NCBI GenBank assembly: GCA_033762295.1
Contig: JANRLW010000064.1
Span: 96,001-160,000, forward strand
Length of the DNA stretch: 64,000 nucleotides
Direction: 5' to 3'
From: Capsulimonadales bacterium
GTDB lineage: Bacteria > Armatimonadota > Armatimonadia > Armatimonadales > Armatimonadaceae
Part shown: piece after piece, positions 56,920 through 64,000 of the stretch
Layout: each line of letters opens with the position of its first letter
Position numbering within the stretch: the stretch's first letter is position 1
Notes under the pieces: generated by a model
What the model saw: the letters and a program-made list of their open reading frames with translations, nothing else
Databases searched by the model: none
Told to the model about the DNA's origin: nothing
Program-made: the position numbers and the translations under genes

Positions 56920-58122
56920 GTGCTTGAATTTCGTTCCGCCAACACGCGGGCGGTCAATCCTCACCGCGCGGTGATGGAAGCGTTCGATCTGGCGTACGGT
57001 GATACGTCCCCGGATTGCGATCTGGTGCTGATGAATTCGGCCATGGGACACGACCTGACCGTCCTATCGGAGAACGTTCGCTCCCAGTGCCCGAACGCCC
57101 GGGTGCTGGTCGCCTCCTGTGCCGGAGTCGTCGGGCGCGACGGTCCCGGCGAGTCACTCCACGATATCGCGGCACTGTATCTGCGCGGGGACGGTTTTTC
57201 GGTCGCGCATATCGACGGTCTTTTCGGGTCCACCTCCTTTGAAAAAGGCGTCGAGCTGGCAACCGGACTTCTGAACGCGCCGTATCCGGTGCGAATGGTT
57301 TACCTCCTGGCGTCGGGTATCGATATCGCCAACGATCGGTTGATTGCCGGCATCGAGTCGGTCCTCGGCCCGGACGTCGTTCTGTTCGGCGCAACCTCTT
57401 CCGACCAGATGCAGGGAATCGCGACCTTCCAGTGTGTTGACGGCGTACGGTACCGGCATGGCGCGTTCGCCGTCGGGATCTGGGACCCTACCCTGACCGT
57501 CGATACGCAGGCGTCTCACGGGTTTGTCGCGGTCGGCGAACCCTTCGTCGTGACGAAGGCGGCAGGAAACCGCATTTTTGAACTGGATGGCAAGCCGGCA
57601 TGGCCGACCTATACGGAACGGTTGGGACTTTCGGCAACGGCGACTACCGGCGATACGATTCCCATCGGCGCGCTCGCCGAGCTTCTCCCCGGTAATCTCG
57701 CGGCGGAGTATGGCAATCCCCATATTTTGCGGGTTGTTACTCATTTTACCGAGGAGGGAGCCCTGGTCTATGCCACCGAATGCGAAAACGGTACTCAACT
57801 CTGGCTGACGGTTCGTGATGAGGATCGGATCTTTTGCGACATGGACCGGATGCTGGGTGCGATGACCGCGCGCTCACCCGGTGCGCCACCGGTCGTCGTT
57901 TTTCAGGCGGACTGCCTCGCTCGCGGACGTCGGCTTTTGAACCGCGTTATGAAGGAGGAACTCGTCCGCCAAATCCAGCAGCCGTTCGAGAGTTCCGGGG
58001 ACGTTCCGCCGTGGTTTGGTATGTACGGGTTCGGCGAGTACGCCCGCCTGGGCGGACGAAACGCCTACCATAACTACACGACGGCGCTCGCCGCACTCTA
58101 CCGTTCCGATCAGGAGTCATGA
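56920..58122 (+). CDS. FIST N/C signal transduction protein
   Basis: SCAGVVG, LFGATSSD, ASHGF...GEP.VVTKA.GNRI.ELDGKPA, DC.ARGR, GMYGFGE. Confidence 0.88.
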   Translation: MLEFRSANTRAVNPHRAVMEAFDLAYGDTSPDCDLVLMNSAMGHDLTVLSENVRSQCPNARVLVASCAGVVGRDGPGESLHDIAALYLRGDGFSVAHIDGLFGSTSFEKGVELATGLLNAPYPVRMVYLLASGIDIANDRLIAGIESVLGPDVVLFGATSSDQMQGIATFQCVDGVRYRHGAFAVGIWDPTLTVDTQASHGFVAVGEPFVVTKAAGNRIFELDGKPAWPTYTERLGLSATATTGDTIPIGALAELLPGNLAAEYGNPHILRVVTHFTEEGALVYATECENGTQLWLTVRDEDRIFCDMDRMLGAMTARSPGAPPVVVFQADCLARGRRLLNRVMKEELVRQIQQPFESSGDVPPWFGMYGFGEYARLGGRNAYHNYTTALAALYRSDQES

Positions 58123-58129
58123 CCCAGAG

Positions 58130-60487
58130 ATGTCCGGCGAGGAGACGACGAAGCTTTCACCGCTAGAACTGGCTTCCCACAACCGCCTGCACCAGCGAAT
58201 GATCTCGCTGAGCGGTCGACTGGACCGGCAGGTGGAGCAGTTGACACGACTGAACCGCCTTTCCAATCGGCTTCTGGGCAGTCTGTCGGGCAGTTCCGTC
58301 TCCGCGACGTTCGCTGAAGCGATTGCCGATGTTCTGGACGTGGCGATCGGCGCTGTCTGGGTTCTGCCTCATGAAGATCGGAAGGAAGGCGCGGATTTCT
58401 CCGTCTTTGGCGCGACCGGAACGCCCGCCGCCTGGGCGAAAGTCGGCGAGGCTCTGGCAGAAATGGCCGCAATGTCGCCTGACGCCGGGGTCTTTCGTCC
58501 GAGTGCGGATGTTTTGGGGCCGGTATCGGAGGTCGACCTCGTGAACCCGCTGGCGGGTCGCTGCGTTGGCAGGGATGGGGCGACCATCGCCCTGATTCTG
58601 GCGGCCAATACCGGCGCGACCGACCGCATGTGCGAAACCATCAATGACGAGACGGGGGAGATGCTGAAGGTTCTGGCGGAAAAGTGTGCGGCGCACCTGA
58701 ATCATGCCGCCGACCGACGGATGATCGAACATCAGCTTGCCCTGCTGCGTGAGTCGGAAGCCCGCCTGGAACTGGTGTTGAACGGGACGAACGATGGCTG
58801 GTGGGACTGGGATGTTGCGGCCGATACGTGCTTTTTATCGGCACGCTGGCGGCAGATGGTCGGAGACATGGCCGGTCAGGGGATTTTTCAGAAAGGGTTC
58901 TGGCGGGATCGGGTTCATGAACAGGATCGACCGAGGTTCGACGCGTTACTGGAGGGCGTCCTGGGCGAGAGTTTCACCGGTTCGGAAATGGAGGTTCGGC
59001 TCCGGCGTGAGGACGATACCTACATTCCGGTGCTGGTTCGCGGGACGGTTCTTCGGGACAGAACCGGTCGCCCGACCCGGTTCGCCGGTTCGATTCTCGA
59101 TCTGTCGGAACGGAAGCGATACGAGTCGCACGTCCACCAGCTGGCTTTCTTCGATCCCCTGACCGATCTGCCGAACCGACGTCTTCTAAGCGACCGTCTG
59201 CGCCAATCGCTCCTGTCCTCCGCGGAGAACGGTCAGGCGATTGCCGTTCTGATGATCGATCTCGACCGATTCAAACGCCTGAACGACACCCACGGGCATG
59301 CCGCCGGAGACCAGCTACTCTGTGCCGTGGCCCGTCGTCTGCGCGACGCCGTTCGCCCGTATGATACCGTCGCGCGACTGGGAGGCGATGAGTTCGTGAT
59401 TTTGCTCGAGCATCTCGGCGGCGATCCGACGGCGGCAGTCGCGGCGGCCCAGGAGACGGCGCTTCGCGTGCTACATACCCTGGACGAACCCTTCGTCATC
59501 GATGTGGGGGTCGTGCACCATAGCGGAAGCGTCGGTGTGGCGGTCGCGCCGGCGGGCGTTCCGGTGACGGTGGACAGTATGTTGAGAGGAGCCGATGTCG
59601 CCCTTTACGAGGCGAAAGAGGCCGGGCGAAATATGGTGCGCCTGTACCAACCGGAGATGCAGCACCGGGTCGACCGGCGGGCGACACTGGAGGCCAGCCT
59701 TCGTCAGGCGTTCCGAAACGGTGAAGTCGAAGTCCATTACCAGGCGCAAGTGGACGCGTCGGGACGCCTCTTCGGCGCGGAGGCGCTGATGCGCTGGCGG
59801 CGTGCGGATGACGAACCGATCCACCCCTCCGAGTTCATTCCGGTCGCCGAGGAGTCCGGATTCATTCATGCTCTGGGCGGGTGGAGTCTGGAGACCGCAT
59901 GCGCTCAACTGGTCACCTGGGGCGATCTCGTTCCCCCGGATTTCCGACTCGCGGTCAATCTGAGCGCGCCGGAATTCATGCACCCCGACTTCCCGAAGAG
60001 GGTCGTCGAAACGCTGGCGCAGACCGGGGTCAGCGGGCGGCGAATCCGACTGGAAATCACGGAGGCGACGGTGGTTACGGAAATGGATTTCGTCTCCGGT
60101 CGTATGAACCTGTTGCGTCGCCACGGGATCGAGTTCGCCCTGGACGATTTCGGGTCCGGGTTCTCCTCCCTGACCTACCTGCGTCGCCTGCCGGTGAACG
60201 AGGTCAAAATCGATCGGAGTTATATCCGAAGGATACTGAGCGATCCGCATGACGCGGCCATCGTCCGGGCGATTCTGGCGATGTGCACGTCGCTGAACCT
60301 GCGGGTTGTGGCCGAGGGCGTGGAGACAAAGGAGCAGTACGGTCGTCTGCTGGACGACGGCTGCCGGTTCTTTCAGGGGTTTTATTTCGCGCGACCGAAG
60401 CCGGCGCCGGGGGACCCCCGCCGACTGGTCGACCGTCCGGTGTCCAGGCGATTACCGGAGAATCGTTCCTCCCTGCAGGCGGCCTGA
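58130..60487 (+). CDS. PAS/PAC-GGDEF-EAL diguanylate cyclase/phosphodiesterase
   Basis: DGWWDWD PAS; DPLTDLPNR, DLDRFK.LND..GH, RPYD I-site, GGDEF; EAL, EITE, DDFGSGFSS, KIDRS, AEGVE, QGF. Confidence 0.95.
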   Translation: MSGEETTKLSPLELASHNRLHQRMISLSGRLDRQVEQLTRLNRLSNRLLGSLSGSSVSATFAEAIADVLDVAIGAVWVLPHEDRKEGADFSVFGATGTPAAWAKVGEALAEMAAMSPDAGVFRPSADVLGPVSEVDLVNPLAGRCVGRDGATIALILAANTGATDRMCETINDETGEMLKVLAEKCAAHLNHAADRRMIEHQLALLRESEARLELVLNGTNDGWWDWDVAADTCFLSARWRQMVGDMAGQGIFQKGFWRDRVHEQDRPRFDALLEGVLGESFTGSEMEVRLRREDDTYIPVLVRGTVLRDRTGRPTRFAGSILDLSERKRYESHVHQLAFFDPLTDLPNRRLLSDRLRQSLLSSAENGQAIAVLMIDLDRFKRLNDTHGHAAGDQLLCAVARRLRDAVRPYDTVARLGGDEFVILLEHLGGDPTAAVAAAQETALRVLHTLDEPFVIDVGVVHHSGSVGVAVAPAGVPVTVDSMLRGADVALYEAKEAGRNMVRLYQPEMQHRVDRRATLEASLRQAFRNGEVEVHYQAQVDASGRLFGAEALMRWRRADDEPIHPSEFIPVAEESGFIHALGGWSLETACAQLVTWGDLVPPDFRLAVNLSAPEFMHPDFPKRVVETLAQTGVSGRRIRLEITEATVVTEMDFVSGRMNLLRRHGIEFALDDFGSGFSSLTYLRRLPVNEVKIDRSYIRRILSDPHDAAIVRAILAMCTSLNLRVVAEGVETKEQYGRLLDDGCRFFQGFYFARPKPAPGDPRRLVDRPVSRRLPENRSSLQAA

Positions 60488-60553
60488 CTCCGAGGACCCC
60501 GGAGACCGGGCGGACCCGTTCGTCCTTTGCCGTGAAAACCCCGATGGCAAAAT

Positions 60554-60571
60554 AGATTTTCCGGAAAATCT
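60554..60571. promoter_or_regulatory. Perfect 18-bp palindrome, candidate transcription-factor site
   Basis: AGATTTTCCGGAAAATCT, about 135 bp upstream of the PEP-CTERM gene. Confidence 0.45.
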
Positions 60572-60704
60572 TAAAAAAGACGGCTTGGCGTGAAGGGGAA
60601 TACATAAGTATCGGTGAAATCCCTGACGGTAGCCTGAAATTGGTTTCGGGCGGCAAACCGAATCGGGAGCGGACCACCGTTCTCGTTGGTGAAAGGAAGG
60701 ACGT

Positions 60705-61463
60705 ATGTTTTCTTTTTCTCGTCTTGTCGGCATCACTCTGGCGATCGTTACCGGAATGGCGCTGTCATCGCCTGTCTTTGCGCAGACCACCGTGGGGGGT
60801 CTGACCATTCTGGCTCCGGGGTCCGTCGTGGAAGGGCGTACCATCGGGGAATGGACCACGGAATGGTGGCAATGGGCATTTTCGCAATCTACTCCCAACG
60901 ATGCGTTCTCGGATACGACCGGAGCCAATGCGGGAGTGAACCAATCCGGGCCGGTCTGGTTTGTCGCCGGAACCCTGGGTACGCTGGAAACGCGGACGCT
61001 TTTCGTTCCGACCGATCGGTATTTGTTGATTCCGTTGATTAATGTGGAGAACTCCGACCTGGAAATTCCGGGTGCCTCGGAAGCGGACCTTCGCCAGGCA
61101 AGTATTGATACGATGAATCTGGTCGATTCCCTGAACCTCGCGATTAATGGAACCACGGTCACCAACCTCAACAGCTACCGTGAATTGTCACCGGCCTTCA
61201 GCTTTTCCTCCGCCGCCAACAATCCGTTCGGTGTGACGGCCGGTGTCGCCAATACGGCGGTCGCGGATGGTTTCTGGGTAATGCTCGCGCCGATCGGAAC
61301 GGGAATCCATACGGTGACCTTCGGAGGGGGCGTCAGTTCCTTCGGATTTTCCACCGGGGTTCAGGCGACCCTGGTCGCCGCCCCCGAACCGGCACCGCTC
61401 GGTCTGCTTCTTGCAGTGATTGGCGGAATGGGTATCGTCGTCAGGAAACGACGGATCGGATAA
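60705..61463 (+). CDS. PEP-CTERM sorting domain protein
   Basis: RBS AAGGAAGG; signal peptide; WWQWA..D.TG...NQSGPVWFVAGT core; C-terminal APEPAPLGLLLAVIGGMGIVVRKRR. Confidence 0.9.
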   Translation: MFSFSRLVGITLAIVTGMALSSPVFAQTTVGGLTILAPGSVVEGRTIGEWTTEWWQWAFSQSTPNDAFSDTTGANAGVNQSGPVWFVAGTLGTLETRTLFVPTDRYLLIPLINVENSDLEIPGASEADLRQASIDTMNLVDSLNLAINGTTVTNLNSYRELSPAFSFSSAANNPFGVTAGVANTAVADGFWVMLAPIGTGIHTVTFGGGVSSFGFSTGVQATLVAAPEPAPLGLLLAVIGGMGIVVRKRRIG

Positions 61464-61645
61464 GTTTTCGCCAGATTTATTCTGTTTTTGGGGTAAGGAA
61501 ACGTCCTTACCCGCTTTTTCCGAACGGGCCATTCCCTCCCGGATGGCCCTCTTTGCCGCAGGCACGCAGGGGACGGCAGTTGAGACGGCGAACCCTTGTC
61601 TGACGGTACGCGGTTCTCGCCGGTCGGGGCGAGGTAAGGAGAAGA

Positions 61646-62047
61646 ATGAAGGTACGGTGGACCGAGGGAAGCGTTCGCTTCAGAATCACGCCGACGGAAC
61701 TCGAACAACTGCGTTCCGGCGCGGCCGTTCGGGTGACGCTGCGCGTTCCCGGCGGCAAATGGGAAGCCACCGTAGCGCCCTCCGCCTCCGACGGGGCGAG
61801 CGACCTGTCGGCGGACGGGGAGGGGGGTCTCCGGATGACGCTGGGCCGTCCGGACCTGGACCGTTTGTGCGCCCCGGAGACCGAGGGCGTGTACTTCGGG
61901 ACAAGCGAGGGGGAGATTCCGCTCCGATTCTTTATCGAGAAGGACTTTCCATGCGTCCACCCGCGCCCGTCGGAGGCGCAGGAGGAATCGGAGACGTTCG
62001 CGCCGCCGTCGGGTTTCAAGGACCGGCACCGGCCCGTTTGCGAGTGA
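61646..62047 (+). CDS. Hypothetical protein (DUF7009-like)
   Basis: RBS AAGGAG; MKVRW..GSVRFRIT..EL...IEKDFPCVH. Confidence 0.7.
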   Translation: MKVRWTEGSVRFRITPTELEQLRSGAAVRVTLRVPGGKWEATVAPSASDGASDLSADGEGGLRMTLGRPDLDRLCAPETEGVYFGTSEGEIPLRFFIEKDFPCVHPRPSEAQEESETFAPPSGFKDRHRPVCE

Positions 62048-62233
62048 CGCGGACCGCCGTGCCGGTGTTTTGGACGTCCTGTGTCGTGCTACCGATGTCG
62101 CCGGACATCGCTTTATGATTACCGGGGTTCAGGATAACCCTCCAATATGGACAGACAATGACGGGCCATCGTATTATTACATCCCGTTACGTTTTAAAAG
62201 TATTTGTTCGCCGAGCTACGAAAGGACGATACA

Positions 62234-63205
62234 GTGCGGACACCCTCTCCCGTACCGAAACTTTCGGTCACTATCACAAATTACAACTACGAGCGGTTTG
62301 TCGGTCGGGCTATCGAATCGGTGCTCGGGCAGACGTTTACCGATTTCGAGTTAATCGTCGCCGACAACGCCTCCACGGACCATTCGCGCGAGATTATCGA
62401 GCAGTACGCTCGCCAGGACCCGCGTATTCGGGTGATCGCCAACACGGAAAACAAGGGACTGGTCGGAAATCTGGTGATCGCGATCGAAGCGGCGCGCGGC
62501 GAGTTTGCCGTCCATCTCGATGCCGATGACTGGGTGTGCGCTCCCGATGCGTTCGAGCGTCAGATCGCCATGCTGGAGCAGGACCCCGAAATCAGCTTTG
62601 TCTGGTCACCGCCTTCTCTGAAATTCGAGGACGGCGGCGAAACCGTCATCCGCATTTACGATCGGGACCTCGTTCGTCCCGGCGCGGAGGCACTGGAAGA
62701 TGCTCTGAAAGTGCGTATCATGCACAGTGGCCCCCTCTTTCGCATGAGCGCGTTCCGGGCTTTTGGTGGCTATGATCGGAATTTCCATCACTCGGTGGAT
62801 ACGCGTCTGGTCAGCGATCTCTGTACGCAGGGAAAGGTCGGCTACATCAATGATGCCCTGTATGCTCGCTACGAACACAGCAGCAATCTGAGTACGGTCT
62901 CCCGCCATCTCGAACGGATCGAGGAACTGGTTCGCGCCGTCGAGGTCGCCTGCGACAGCCCGTTTGCCCGCCAGATTCCTCATATACAACAACTGCGGCG
63001 TAGCGCCCTCCGTCATGTGCTTTTAATGACGGTTACCAACCTGGTTTTCACCAACCGATATTCCGAGGCGCTCCGGGCGCTCCGGGCCAGCGTCCGGATG
63101 CGCCCGATCGAAACGTTGTTCCAGCGTCAGATGGTGCTCCTGCTCGTGCGCGTCCTCATTGGGGGGTCGCTCTTTTCCCGGCTTCAGGGCAGTCGGAACG
63201 GGTGA
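62234..63205 (+). CDS. Glycosyltransferase family 2
   Basis: SVTITNYNYERFV..AIESVL.QTF.DFELIVADNASTD, HLDADD; GTG 62234 after AAAGGA. Confidence 0.92.
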   Translation: MRTPSPVPKLSVTITNYNYERFVGRAIESVLGQTFTDFELIVADNASTDHSREIIEQYARQDPRIRVIANTENKGLVGNLVIAIEAARGEFAVHLDADDWVCAPDAFERQIAMLEQDPEISFVWSPPSLKFEDGGETVIRIYDRDLVRPGAEALEDALKVRIMHSGPLFRMSAFRAFGGYDRNFHHSVDTRLVSDLCTQGKVGYINDALYARYEHSSNLSTVSRHLERIEELVRAVEVACDSPFARQIPHIQQLRRSALRHVLLMTVTNLVFTNRYSEALRALRASVRMRPIETLFQRQMVLLLVRVLIGGSLFSRLQGSRNG

Positions 63206-63223
63206 ACAAAACAGGGAAAGACC

Positions 63224-64000
63224 TCACCCTCCCGCGGTCAGCTCGTTGCCGAAAAAGTGCGCCGTCTGTTCGGCGCGAAGACGGTCGATCAAGCGTCCTT
63301 CCGGGAGCGTGACGTCGTCCAGGGTGAGAACCCGGTCTCTGGCAACGTTTCGGGTCAGGCGACCGCCTTCGGCCAATCCCATCGGCAATAATCGCTCCCG
63401 AAGAACGGTATCGACGCGTTCCGCCAGACCGTAGGTGTGGTAGCCGCCGATCCCGTCGAGAACCGTTCCCTCGGAAAGGTCCGTTTTGGCCGCCGCCACC
63501 ACGTCCACCGTCGGCGGCCCGGAGGTGGCCAGAGCGGCATCGCCGAACAGCGCCGCACGCGCGACCGTGTTATGAACCTCGAAGTGGCACAGATGGTACG
63601 GGGTATGAAACACATAGAGCGGGCCTTCGCCCAGTTTGTACAGATTCAGATAGTGCCTCTGACGCGGATGGTCATGCGTTCCCAGTACGAAAACACCCGG
63701 ACCCGGCGTCGCGCCGACAACATAATCCACATAGCCCGGGGAACCGTCCAGCAGACGCTCCTGCGGATACCATTCCGTCGCCCTTTGGATGCTGTTGGCG
63801 TCCGGCGCAACCGTGGGGCCGAGCATCCCTCGTTGAAGTACGCTCATTCCGGTGGCGTTGGCGACGATGGCCTGTTCGAAGCTGATCTTGGTGCCGTCCG
63901 CGAACGAGGTGACCATGTTTACGTTCTGGCCCCATTTTCGGGCGAACCCTTCCTGTGTTGTCGGATTCCGGTAGGGGTCATGCAATCCTTTGATATTGCC
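63224..64000 (-). CDS. NAD(P)-dependent oxidoreductase (homoserine dehydrogenase-like) with C-terminal SAF domain, 5' end outside the window
   Basis: SFADGTKISFEQAIVANATG, LYKLGEGPLYVFHTPYHL, VVAAAKTDL..G.VLDGIGGY, LLPMGL.EG..L..NV. Confidence 0.88.
   Translation of the reverse strand, partial: GNIKGLHDPYRNPTTQEGFARKWGQNVNMVTSFADGTKISFEQAIVANATGMSVLQRGMLGPTVAPDANSIQRATEWYPQERLLDGSPGYVDYVVGATPGPGVFVLGTHDHPRQRHYLNLYKLGEGPLYVFHTPYHLCHFEVHNTVARAALFGDAALATSGPPTVDVVAAAKTDLSEGTVLDGIGGYHTYGLAERVDTVLRERLLPMGLAEGGRLTRNVARDRVLTLDDVTLPEGRLIDRLRAEQTAHFFGNELTAGG

Noticed and set aside
60545..60670. c-di-GMP-I riboswitch suggested by GGCAAA next to a GGDEF-EAL gene
   Set aside because: No GNRA-capped P2 or GACGCAAAGC element follows; better explained as a DNA palindrome.
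85..63985. Many long alternative-frame ORFs (e.g. 3581-5629 +, 8700-10598 +, 31338-33023 +, 33704-35299 +, 35751-37352 +, 26074-27399 +)
   Set aside because: Antisense or shifted shadows of well-supported genes, expected in high-GC DNA; Arg/Gly/Pro-rich with no motifs.

Overview
GC-rich bacterial chromosomal segment, most likely from an Armatimonadota-like organism. This is inferred from two DUF1559/H-X9-DG prepilin-like genes, a PEP-CTERM protein, MqnC and a YabN-type MazG. It holds about 55 CDSs and one tRNA-Ala(CGC); I found no IS, integrase, prophage, rRNA or CRISPR array. Housekeeping genes include uvrC, gcvPB, mqnC, folE2, a double-domain queD, a thyX-like gene, mazG, a prsA-like foldase and fucI. 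Main points of interest: (1) a putative metal (copper?) operon at 50.2-53.8 kb led by a probably leaderless Cys-rich leader peptide ending in a RAPP ribosome-arrest motif, whose 3' end can pair with the next gene's Shine-Dalgarno, followed by a His-motif protein and a 16-Cys/beta-barrel fusion; (2) two unlinked DUF1559 pseudopilin + YncE/phosphoesterase modules sharing a near-identical 22-bp Pho-box-like direct-repeat site; (3) a Tat-exported GH44 homologue apparently lacking its catalytic nucleophile; (4) a fused MalF-MalG-type permease; (5) candidate structured RNAs upstream of folE2 and of a DUF6193-like gene. All family assignments come from recalled motifs; no database search was run.
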